The notes beneath the pieces are model-generated. The model was not told where the DNA came from. It worked only from the letters and a program-made list of their open reading frames with translations, and ran no database searches. From assembly GCA_016839555.1 (NCBI GenBank), contig JAEOUA010000007.1, positions 128,001 through 192,000 of the forward strand: DNA of 64,000 nt, written 5' to 3'. Made by a program: the position numbers and the translations under genes. Each line of letters begins with the position of its first letter. Position 1 is the first letter of the stretch. Of this stretch, positions 30,944-41,200 are shown piece by piece. The DNA is from Promethearchaeota archaeon. GTDB lineage: Archaea > Asgardarchaeota > Lokiarchaeia > Sigyniarchaeales > SOKP01.

Positions 30944-31750
30944 ATGGATGAGAATCTAAAAAGAGATTCAATTAAAGAAACATTAAAAAAAAAAGTAAGA
31001 GAGCAATTAAAAGAAGAGCTCAAGAAAGAACTAAAACAAGAGCTTTTGGATGAAATTTATCAAGAATTAATGCAAGAAGAGATCGAATTCAAACAAGAAA
31101 TAACCTCAACCTTTAAAAATAAAATTGATAAAGGGAAATCTATTCAAAAAGCAGAAATGATAAAAGCACCCCAAAAAGTACAACAGATTCAAATTTCTAT
31201 AAAAGCAGTATTAAAAATGACAACCCATGCCTTAAAATATGCAAATAAAAATATACCACGAGAAAACTGGGTGGAGGTCATCGGATTGTTGGCAGGTAAA
31301 GAAAAAGATAACATTCTCCATATTAAGAATGCATATCCAATTGGGCATGGCAATGCAATTCATGTACAAATGGATGAGCGGAGAAATAAAAGAACTGGGC
31401 ATATTAAAGCATATGAAGAGAGTAGAAAAAGAAATTTATTTATTTGTGGATGGTATCATTCTCATCCCTCTTATGGGTGTTTTATGTCAGACGAAGATAT
31501 ATATACCCAAACCGAATATCAGAAACATTGGGAAAAAGCTGTAGCCATAGTGGTTGATCCTTATGAAATAGACGGGACTTCCTATGGATTCCAGGTATTT
31601 CGATGTGATTTAAAAACTCAAAAATGGTATTCCTTACCCTTTGAAATGGAAGAATCCTTAAATGTAAGCTTATTGCCCAAAATTTTAGATTTTGTAAATC
31701 CTATTGTTGATGGAGAAGCATTATTCTTAGAATATGATGAGGAATCATAA
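30944..31750 (+). CDS. JAMM/MPN+ metallo-isopeptidase (Rpn11/CSN5-like) with N-terminal charged helix
   Basis: EVIGLL, GWYHSHPSYGCFMSDED (HxH-x7-S-x2-D) and AVAIVVDP. Confidence 0.93.
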   Translation: MDENLKRDSIKETLKKKVREQLKEELKKELKQELLDEIYQELMQEEIEFKQEITSTFKNKIDKGKSIQKAEMIKAPQKVQQIQISIKAVLKMTTHALKYANKNIPRENWVEVIGLLAGKEKDNILHIKNAYPIGHGNAIHVQMDERRNKRTGHIKAYEESRKRNLFICGWYHSHPSYGCFMSDEDIYTQTEYQKHWEKAVAIVVDPYEIDGTSYGFQVFRCDLKTQKWYSLPFEMEESLNVSLLPKILDFVNPIVDGEALFLEYDEES

Positions 31751-31823
31751 GGAATAATTAAGGTCTATAATTTCACATAATAAAGGGTAATTAAGTGAGG
31801 TATCAGAGTATTGGTGATTTTCA

Positions 31824-32957
31824 ATTAAAAAAAGTTATTTTATTCCTTTAATCATAAGTTTCATCATTGGATTTATTCATGGAGTATTAATAGAGCCATC
31901 TTTTAATCTCTTTATTTCCTGGATTTTAATTGGGTTTTGGGTTATCTTTTCTATGAAAAGTATAGCTAAAATTAGAAAATATCGGCAATTTAATTCCCCT
32001 CATAATACCTCATTTTTTATTTTAGGGATCAATACAATTGGATTATTTTATTACTATACTAGCTTTTATACAGAATTAATTAATTGGGAATTATTTCAAG
32101 AAATTCAGAATTTTACTTTTTTTAATGCGTGGATCCTTATTTTCTCGCTTCCTTATTTAGTGTATGGACTATATTCCCTCTTTAAATGCATAAAAAAATA
32201 TCATGTAATATACATATATAAAGTTAAATCCATCAATACTCGAAAATTTATAGTCTTTTATTCTGTTTTGATTTTCACAGCAAATATAATCTTTCTAATT
32301 ATTCTTTTATATGAAATTGAAATTCTTTTTTTTACTCCTTTAATTAATTCTCCCGGACTAATTTATATCTTCTATAATTTTTTTATTTTTGTTTTGATTA
32401 TTTATGCAATTGCTAAGAAAAGAACAACTATTTCAGATATTTCACCTGAATTAATAGCACAGCGAAGGGCTCAAGTAGAATCGGTTCAATCAGCACCCAT
32501 TAGATCAGCACGAAGGGCACCCTCTAGTAGAGCCTCATCCTCTAGTAGATCTCAAAGAACAATGTCTACCACAAGATCAAGAACTACTCCAAAAGTGTAT
32601 AGACCGAAAACACAAAAAGCGCGGTCAAAATTAAGTACTCAACAAAAGAAGCAAATTTTTGAAAAAATAAAAAGCATGAAACCAAAAACCACGATGCTTA
32701 CACTAGATGATTTTAAATGCATCTTTTGCTTTAATCTTCCAGAATATCCAAAAGACAAGGGAAGGGGAATAGTTCTTTGCCCAAAATGTAATTATCCTGC
32801 TCACGCTGATGAGTTTAAAGATTGGCTTAAAAATTCGAATTTATGCTCTCGATGCAGTGCAGAATTACCTGCTTCTTATAAAAGAAATCCAAAAACTGTT
32901 TCAGTGAAATTTTATAGTAAAGTCATCCAATATTATAAGAAAAAAGAAAAATTGTGA
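31824..32957 (+). CDS. Multi-pass membrane protein with C-terminal RING-like finger (putative membrane E3 ligase); probable ATT start at 31824
   Basis: About 6 hydrophobic segments, a Ser/Arg-rich linker, then CIFC-x16-CPKC-x4-H-x2-E...W...CSRC. The track start is ATG 31953, but the frame is open from 31818 behind GGTGA. Confidence 0.8.
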   Translation: MKKSYFIPLIISFIIGFIHGVLIEPSFNLFISWILIGFWVIFSMKSIAKIRKYRQFNSPHNTSFFILGINTIGLFYYYTSFYTELINWELFQEIQNFTFFNAWILIFSLPYLVYGLYSLFKCIKKYHVIYIYKVKSINTRKFIVFYSVLIFTANIIFLIILLYEIEILFFTPLINSPGLIYIFYNFFIFVLIIYAIAKKRTTISDISPELIAQRRAQVESVQSAPIRSARRAPSSRASSSSRSQRTMSTTRSRTTPKVYRPKTQKARSKLSTQQKKQIFEKIKSMKPKTTMLTLDDFKCIFCFNLPEYPKDKGRGIVLCPKCNYPAHADEFKDWLKNSNLCSRCSAELPASYKRNPKTVSVKFYSKVIQYYKKKEKL

Positions 32958-33142
32958 AAGTAGCGCAATCCGTTTTCCACTGAATATTTTTTAAGAATTA
33001 AGAGTGCATTATATCTCTTAAAAATAATAAAAGCTGATTTCACAAAAACAAATAAACTTTTTCTATCGAAGAGATTCTTGTAGTATTTTAATATTTTAAT
33101 TGTTAAAAAAAAAAGAAAATTATTATTATAAAGATCACAAAA

Positions 33143-34498
33143 TTACAATCTGGTAATATATCGATTGCGTTCCCAATCAGAAACAATCACGCGATATGCA
33201 TCGTATTCTTCTAGCTTTGCATAATAATAATTTTTAAACATTTGCTCCCCAAAAATTTCCTTCATCATATCGGATTCTTTAAATTCTGTTAGTGCAACCC
33301 TGAGGCTACCTGGCAGAGAAATGATTCCAGATTTTTCAAGATCTTTGGTAGAAAAGTGATATACATTTCTATCAGTAGGGGGAGGGATTTCAATATCATC
33401 TGAAAGGAGACCATTCAATCCTGTTCCCAATAAAACCGCAAATTGTAAATAAGGATTTCCAGCTGGATCGGGGCAGCGAATTTCACAGCGTGCGGCGCTT
33501 GATTTATTATGAAAATCAGGAACACGAATAAGAGGCGAACGATTTCGAAATCCCCACGCAACATATACTGGAGCCTCATATCCTGGTACTAACCTTTTAT
33601 AGGAATTTGGCCAACTTGATAGTACCGCACACATCGCTCTTGCATACTTTAATTGTCCAGCAATCCATTTTTTCATCTCGTAGGAAATAGAGGCCTCATC
33701 ATTAGGATCATAGAATATATTTTTACCATCCTTCCAAATACTTTGATGTACATGCATGCCGGATCCATTAATTTTTGCAAATGGCTTTGGCATAAAAGTG
33801 GCTGTCATATCATGCAGAGCAGCGACTGTTTTGATTATTGATTTAATTGTAATGGTATTATCCGCGGTATCAACAGCTTTATCATAACGAAAATCTACTT
33901 CATGCTGTCCATAAGCAACTTCATGATGAAGTGCTTCAATTTCTATGCCCATTTTATCACAATATTGTGCTATCTTATATCTCATCATTTCATTTATGTC
34001 ATATGGATCATAATCAAAGTATCCACGGAGATCCGATGGTTTAAATTCTTTTTCTTGAGTTGTTTTATCTAAAATGAAAAATTCCATTTCAGGAGCACAA
34101 TAATAGGTAAGACCATGTTCCGCAGCTTTATCAACCATTTTTTGGAGTATAAATCTCGGATCACCTTCATAGCGGCATCCATCTGGTTTATAAATATCAC
34201 AAATGACTCTGGCGACTTTATCTTCCTTTCTCCAGGGAAGAATCTGGAAGGTTGTTGGATCTGGGATGGCAACTTTATCACTTTCTTCTATAGCTCCATA
34301 GCCTGTAATTGAGCTCCCATCAAAATTTTCTCCATCTTCAAGAAAATCCTCAATTCGTTTTGCGTTTATCTCGAAAGATTTGATTAATCCATGAATATCT
34401 GTGAATTGTAGGTATATAAATTTGATATCATATTCTTTAACAGTTTCTATCACTTGATTGCATACTTTTTTTCGATTGGGGTCAGTTTTTTTAATCAT
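33143..34498 (-). CDS. glnA: Glutamine synthetase type I
   Basis: FDGSSI, PEMEFF, HHEVAYGQHE, TFMPKP, NGSGMHVH, SYKRLVPGYEAP and RCPDPAGNPY. Confidence 0.97.
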   Translation of the reverse strand: MIKKTDPNRKKVCNQVIETVKEYDIKFIYLQFTDIHGLIKSFEINAKRIEDFLEDGENFDGSSITGYGAIEESDKVAIPDPTTFQILPWRKEDKVARVICDIYKPDGCRYEGDPRFILQKMVDKAAEHGLTYYCAPEMEFFILDKTTQEKEFKPSDLRGYFDYDPYDINEMMRYKIAQYCDKMGIEIEALHHEVAYGQHEVDFRYDKAVDTADNTITIKSIIKTVAALHDMTATFMPKPFAKINGSGMHVHQSIWKDGKNIFYDPNDEASISYEMKKWIAGQLKYARAMCAVLSSWPNSYKRLVPGYEAPVYVAWGFRNRSPLIRVPDFHNKSSAARCEIRCPDPAGNPYLQFAVLLGTGLNGLLSDDIEIPPPTDRNVYHFSTKDLEKSGIISLPGSLRVALTEFKESDMMKEIFGEQMFKNYYYAKLEEYDAYRVIVSDWERNRYITRL

Positions 34499-34688
34499 TT
34501 AATATAACCAATATATATTTTTATTTTAATATTATATCTTATATATAATGAAAATTAAGAAGATATTTAAAGATAACGAAAAAAGATCTAACCTATAAAC
34601 AAAATTCTGATCAAAAATCTATCATAATACTTAAAAAGTGAGGTAATCTTAATAAAATTTAAATAAGTATAAATATATATTTTATTGT

Positions 34689-35156
34689 ATGGTTGATAAT
34701 TTAGATGAATTAGATATAGAAATATTGAAAATTTTAAGCAAAGACTCCACAATATCTAATAGCAACATAGCGAATCAATTAGATAAACATCCCACCACCA
34801 TAGCTAACCATGTGACCGAGTTAAAAAAGAATGGGATTATAAAGGAGTTTTCAATTACCATAGATTATGAAAAACTGGGTTTTGATATAATTGCCATAAT
34901 TGAATTAACAATCTCTAAAGGGAAAATGTTAGAAGTTGAAAGAGACATTGCGAAAATATCTAATGTTTTCGCTGTGTATGATATAACAGGGCAGTATGAT
35001 GCGTTAGTCCTAACGAGATGTAAAAATCGAAAGGCATTAAGTGTGCTTGTAAAAAAAATTAATTCTTATAATAACGTAATTAGAACTAATACTCATATTA
35101 TCCTTAATGTGATTAAAGAAGGAACTAATTTTTTTGATTTAATAAATATGGAATAA
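34689..35156 (+). CDS. Lrp/AsnC transcriptional regulator, divergent from glnA
   Basis: LDELDIEILKIL HTH start, DYEKLGF and YDITGQYD. Confidence 0.92.
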   Translation: MVDNLDELDIEILKILSKDSTISNSNIANQLDKHPTTIANHVTELKKNGIIKEFSITIDYEKLGFDIIAIIELTISKGKMLEVERDIAKISNVFAVYDITGQYDALVLTRCKNRKALSVLVKKINSYNNVIRTNTHIILNVIKEGTNFFDLINME

Positions 35157-35308
35157 AAGTGCTTTATTTATTATTTATCAAAAATCTAAATTGAAAAATG
35201 ATTATATCACCCAAAAGATATAATTACCGAAATATTTAAATCTCTATTTATCTAAGTTATATTGAAAAAGAGAAATTTAATTAAAAATTTCATACGAGAA
35301 GAAATAAG

Positions 35309-36667
35309 ATGAATGAACATAAAGATGTTAAAAAAGAAACAGGAGTAAAGGATAAATTTCTATTCGGAATGCCAAGATTGGGCTCTTCTATTGTATTAGG
35401 AATCGAAGGGTGGGCTTTACTTACACTTTATACTTCCGGTTATGCCTTAGATCCATTTCGCACGGGGTTTGCTATCGCTATGGGATATCTTACTATTGCA
35501 GTCTCTCAGTTTCTACTTGGATGGCTAAGTGATGCCAAATATACAAAGTTGGGTCGAAGAAAACCTTATATCTTAATTTTTGCTCCGCTTTTAGGGCTTT
35601 CGATTATTTTTCTTTTATTACCTCAATTGGTACTACCAGATTTAGAAAATAAAAATGCACTTTTCTTTTGGTTGTTAATATGGGATATTATTTTCAGAGC
35701 CAGTTATGCGGTTACAACTCCTTATCAAGCTTGGATGGCAGAAGTCTTTCCGGTAAACGAGAGACCAAAAGTTTCACAAATTCAAAATACTTTTAACTAT
35801 ATTGGTAATGGAATAATGGCATTATTTTCGCTTTTAATTCTAACGAGTTTTATAGATGATTTAAGAATAAATGTAAATGCCCCGGTTCCGGTGATTTTTT
35901 TCATACCCCTTGTTATTTTCGGAGTTCTGACCATTGTATTGTTCTATTTGGTAGCTATTTTCCTTCCCAATGAGCCTAAATATGAAATAAAATCTAATAT
36001 GATAGACAATCTTAAAACCATTATAAAAAATAGAAATTTTATGCTGATTATTTTGATGGTGGGTATTGCTGGATTAGGATGGACAATGGGTACTACTACA
36101 ATGTTAAAATATACTGAAGATGCCCTGGCTCTTGGAGGATTTGATTACGTGATAGTGGCTCTTTGCTTATTGATATCGATATTTGTTTTTCTTTATATTT
36201 GGAGGCGGAATATTAATAAACATGGTAAAAAAAAGATGCTCTTATTTGTATTTCTCATAGCTGCAGCATTCTTTCCAATAACATTAATAGGCTTAATTCC
36301 AATGCCCTCCTACCTTATATTTGGAATAATATTTATAGTGGGAATCGGAGCTATATTAGCTGGCTGGTTCTTATTTCCCTATATTGTCTATGCAGATCTC
36401 GCCGAAGATGATCAAAAGAAGACTGGAGAGTTAAAAGCGGGAATTTATGCGGGATTTCCCTCTATCATTCTTAATATCTTTCAAGCTGCTAGTACTTTGC
36501 TTATTGGAGCAATTCTATCAATACCCATATATTATAGTCCTACCGCTTTTGTAGATCCTTATTCCATTGGTTTAGTATTATGGGGTCCACTAGCTTCGAT
36601 AGTCTTAATTATAGCATATTTCTACACAAAAAAATACATTACTTTAGATTTTGAATGGGAAAAATAA
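35309..36667 (+). CDS. MFS transporter (GPH/MelB-like)
   Basis: GWLSDAKYTKLGRRKPY motif A; about 12 TMs; ADLAEDDQKKTGELKAG. Confidence 0.88.
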   Translation: MNEHKDVKKETGVKDKFLFGMPRLGSSIVLGIEGWALLTLYTSGYALDPFRTGFAIAMGYLTIAVSQFLLGWLSDAKYTKLGRRKPYILIFAPLLGLSIIFLLLPQLVLPDLENKNALFFWLLIWDIIFRASYAVTTPYQAWMAEVFPVNERPKVSQIQNTFNYIGNGIMALFSLLILTSFIDDLRINVNAPVPVIFFIPLVIFGVLTIVLFYLVAIFLPNEPKYEIKSNMIDNLKTIIKNRNFMLIILMVGIAGLGWTMGTTTMLKYTEDALALGGFDYVIVALCLLISIFVFLYIWRRNINKHGKKKMLLFVFLIAAAFFPITLIGLIPMPSYLIFGIIFIVGIGAILAGWFLFPYIVYADLAEDDQKKTGELKAGIYAGFPSIILNIFQAASTLLIGAILSIPIYYSPTAFVDPYSIGLVLWGPLASIVLIIAYFYTKKYITLDFEWEK

Positions 36668-36808
36668 TTTAAAATTTAATTATATTTTTTTTTTTGAATT
36701 TTTTTTATTTATAATTTTATATCAATATAAATAATGAAGACTTGGTTCAAATTTATTTTATTATTATTTTATTAAAAAGCAAGTTATAAGGAACAAATAG
36801 AAAAGTGC

Positions 36809-37585
36809 CTAATAGAACTTGGATTGATCTGAATCGAATAAACGTTGCAAGTAGCCAAAAACTAAGTCGAGCGATTTTTCCTCTAATGTAGAACAAGGAA
36901 TCAATTCTGCAGTGGAACCCATTTGCAAAAAAACATCAGAAATAAGCATCGATAATTCTCTTATTAATCCTTGTTCTCTCTCATTGGTAGAATCTTCTAA
37001 TGCCATAAAATCTTGGCTCCAATTAACAATCATTTCAATTTGATTTTCATCTAAAAGATCTGCTTTTGATAAGATGTTTATCTGTGAAATATTTTTGAAT
37101 CTGAATTGAACTGACGCAGCTAATAATAGAGTTGATATAAAACCGTTCGGACGAAGTACAAAATTAGCATCAAATAAAAATGAGACCGCTTTCTGGATGG
37201 GTTGAATTCCTAATGAATTTGCGATTAAAGGACCCGTTTCTCGAAAAGAGAAAAGTTCTAACTGACCTGTGGTGTCAACTAATACCCAATCAGGATTATA
37301 TTGGTCAATTTCATATTTTAAATCATCTATATATTGAATCATCAAATCTGAAGCCAATATGGTGGCTCCGTTAGGTCCAAGACCATACTTTTCCATAACA
37401 TCATCTAATACAATATAATCTCTTATATCTATATCGGGTATATAAGGCATATCTTTAACTCCAGGGTCCAGATTAATAATAATTGCCGAAGCTTCGGGAT
37501 TTCTATTTAAAATATACTCTTTTAAAGCCCCTGTCAGAGTTGTTTTACCTGAGCCAGCTGTGCCTATAATATAATTAAGTAAAAT
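36809..37585 (-). CDS. GPN-loop GTPase; probable ATT start at 37585
   Basis: GLGPNG, DTTGQLE and SKAD. The P-loop GTAGSGKT and NLDPG lie in frame upstream of the called ATG 37450. Confidence 0.92.
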   Translation of the reverse strand: MLLNYIIGTAGSGKTTLTGALKEYILNRNPEASAIIINLDPGVKDMPYIPDIDIRDYIVLDDVMEKYGLGPNGATILASDLMIQYIDDLKYEIDQYNPDWVLVDTTGQLELFSFRETGPLIANSLGIQPIQKAVSFLFDANFVLRPNGFISTLLLAASVQFRFKNISQINILSKADLLDENQIEMIVNWSQDFMALEDSTNEREQGLIRELSMLISDVFLQMGSTAELIPCSTLEEKSLDLVFGYLQRLFDSDQSKFY

Positions 37586-37679
37586 TTCTATAACCTCTTT
37601 ATATTCTCATTTTAATTTAAATCTTGAATAAATAACTTAATAAATTAAAGAAATCCTTCAAACATAATATTTGTTTTAT

Positions 37680-38069
37680 TTAAGTAAATCTTTTTAATTT
37701 TGATAAATAATACACTGGTTTATTAAATTTCTTTTGAAAATATTCGATTTCTTCTTTAGATTGCTCTCCTATATAATTACCTTTATCCAGCACTAAAACC
37801 GCATCTTGAGAATGTAATTTTTTCATAGCAATTTTTTGAAGCTTATTCCATTCATTTTGAGAAAACTGCTTTTTATGTAAAAGACCATCTACAGAACAAA
37901 TTGATACTATTTTATTATAACTAATTTGGAGAATAGTTTCTATTTCATAAAAATATTCTTTCGCATTTGTAATTGATCCTACAAGAAAAATTCTCTCTTC
38001 TTTTATTTTAGAAAAATCATATCTCTCAAATTTCTTCAGAAAATTCTCATTTAGTCTTAATCTACTCAT
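37680..38069 (-). CDS. Hypothetical protein, possible nucleoside 2-deoxyribosyltransferase-like/DUF4406-like fold
   Basis: IFLVGSI...DAVLVLD..YIGEQSKEEIEY...KPVYY pattern. Confidence 0.55.
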   Translation of the reverse strand: MSRLRLNENFLKKFERYDFSKIKEERIFLVGSITNAKEYFYEIETILQISYNKIVSICSVDGLLHKKQFSQNEWNKLQKIAMKKLHSQDAVLVLDKGNYIGEQSKEEIEYFQKKFNKPVYYLSKLKRFT

Positions 38070-38235
38070 AATTTCTTATAATACCATACTCTTTTAAATA
38101 TTTCATGAATTTTATTAAAGAAGGTGAGAAAAATTTCTTATTCACCTAATAAATTATAATAGATTAAAATTAATATAAGTGAAAAATAGATGATTAAAAA
38201 AAAAAACTAATAATATAATAAGAGAAAAAAAAATT

Positions 38236-41200
38236 TTAATTAAAAAATTCAGAAATATTTTCTCCGCATTTAGGACAATATTTTTTTGGTGATTCTAAAG
38301 CCTTACCACAGAAAGGACAATGAAATATAATTTTTTCTTCCTTCAATCCGCCTCTATCAATATATTTTTCAGAGTCTTCTGGATATCTACTCGCGAAATC
38401 TTCATCTACATATTCGGGTATAATTCTCTTCCTTCTAATAGCATAAATCACTACTAATATCCCAAAAATACCAGCAATTATTAGCAAGGCTACGATAATT
38501 GGTACCCAATTTGATTGTTCCTCACTTGGAATAAGTTGATTAAATAAATCATAGTTAAACGTAATTGTTGTTGCTATAATAAAGGGAGTCGTCATAGAGG
38601 TTCCCTCTTCATCTAATACATCAATATAGAGTATTCCTATATAATTATCAGGGAAGTAACCGGTAGATGTAGAAATTCTTTTAACTCCTTGTATTGATTC
38701 AAATAACATCGAATATGGAATACTAAAAGAGCCAGTATATTTTCCTAACTTAGAATTATATGAAAGACTATGCTCTTCAAATGAGGCAGGAGGAATTAAA
38801 ATTATTGTGCTATACCCCCCTTCTGGTTCTGAGATTGCTGCTATGAAAAGATTCACTGAAACCTCTACATTTGAATTATTATCATCATCTATAGTTTGAA
38901 TTTGAAAATTAATAATGTCTCCTTGATAGGCTTGTTGAACATAAATATAACCACCTGATGATGTATCGGAGAATTTTGTATATCCAGAAAAACCTATTCG
39001 AAAAAGTGAATTATCTAAATCAATATCTGGGGGTTCATTATTGATTTCAAAAGTTGCTCGTGGAGAATTTGGATTAGAATAATTATCATTAAAGGGGATT
39101 ACATAAAAAATTCCATAACCAGATGGCTCATTAGGTAAATTTATAGCTTTATTATAAATATTAATTAACGGTAAATTAGATAATAAATGAGTTTGATTAA
39201 TTGTTTTTTCAGAATTATGGAAACGATGTGAGTATAAAGAGAGATAAGCATTAAAATCTAAATATCCCGAGCTATTCATTTGAGCCTCTATAATAATGCT
39301 ATTTCCTTTATTAACACTTTCTTTACTAGTTTTAAGATTTAATATATTTGGAATAGCACTAGATTCATAATATAGAATTTTAGTGTTCTTAGTATATGTT
39401 TTGGAACCAAGTGTTAAATTAACTGAAATTTCATAGGGTTTAGTGGAAGGTGAGGGAATTATATAAGAATAATTGAATGCTATTCCGTCAATCGAAGAAG
39501 AAAGATTGATTGATTTATTGAATGAACTATTACTTATTCTTGCAGTTAAATTATTACTATCCAGAATAGAATTACTAATAAATGAATTAGATGTGGTGTT
39601 TTTTACATAGACAGAAATATTTAAACTCCCATTATTAACTCTCTCACCATTCAACTTGATATTTATTGAAATCTCATCTTTCCCAAAGAAGTAATCCATC
39701 AAATTGTTTAATAATAGCTCATGATTTTGTTTATAATCATTTTCCTCACTTGTATAATCATAATATAACCAGTTTAAATCTCCAAAGGCAACAAATTTAC
39801 CTTTATTGGAAGAAGTACCATTATATGCCACAGCTACGGATTTATTTTCCACTTCCGCGATACTTTCAGCAGCACCAGATACATTGAAAGTATTTCCATA
39901 TAACCATAAGGAGTGATTAACATCTTTAAATATAGAATGATTTTTCGGAATAGTATTTAATGCATATAATATTGTTCCAATCCCGATCCATTCTTCTGAG
40001 ATAATATTTTCTTCATTAATCATAGTATTTATTCCAAGTTCTGAAAAAAGAGTGTTTATATTATCCGAACATACATGTTGATATTGAGTACCCAAATAAA
40101 GAATGTCTCCACTATTATTGTAATATTCTACAAGATTTTCGATTTCCATCGGGCTATATGGTAGGATTGGGTTTTGTAAGACAATCAGGTCATACTGAGA
40201 TAACAATTCCTCAGTCAAAATATAGTTATCTGAGCTCTTATTATATCCAATTTGCCAATATTCCATTGAATAATCCATTGATATATTCAAATCTGCTAAA
40301 TCTGACATTGCCTCGTAAAATCCAATCTGAGGGAAGGATAATTCCGGGTTTAACCAGTCGTTAAGACCGTGATACGAATCAAATAAGATTTTTTGTTCCG
40401 GTAATCGAATATCTAAAGAAATATTAATATAATTAGCTATTACCCCATCTATTGTTATGCCAATAGAAAAATTCTGCACCCCTACGGTCGCATTATCTTT
40501 TATTTTAATAGCTAGTGTAGTAAAATTTATTCCTGCTCTTTGAAAAATAAAATAGTCATTTTCTAAATTAATCTCAATTCCAGAAAGATCAGTTGGTACC
40601 TCTATCCTTATGGTATTGTTCTTTCCAGAAATCACCGATAGGTTATATGTTTGAGAATCTCCTGGGAAATTAAGTAGATCGTAAGGTTTAAACGGCAAAA
40701 TATCAGGAAAAATCTTCGTAATATTGTTAATATCAGAGTGGGTTGAATTAATAATGTTTAAATATTCTAAGGATGCGGATACATTTATAAGCCCCGCGCC
40801 TGATTTAGGTAAATATGTTTCCTCAGATTTCGGAAGATGATATGCTCCTTCATAAAGCGCTATTCTCGCAGTTTCTGCGCTAATATTTGGATACGCATCT
40901 TTCAATATAGCAATTGCACCAGATACCATCGGACACGACATACTTGTTCCACTTAAGGGAATATAATTAGCAGAACCTTTGAAATCAAAAAAATCTCCAA
41001 GAAATTTCACTTCTTTTTCAAGCACAGAATTTGGAGCAGATGTGGAAATAATATTAAATCCAGGAGCAACTACATCGGGGTATCCAATGTAAGTTAAGGA
41101 TGGCCCCCAACTACTAAAATATGCAAGGCTATTATTAATATCTGTCGCACCAACACTAATAACATCAGGATGAGAGGCTGGCGTAGAACCAGTAAAATAT

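Noticed and set aside
36809-37585. GPN-loop GTPase as a eukaryotic-signature novelty
   Set aside because: GPN GTPases are widespread in archaea; only its start codon is notable.
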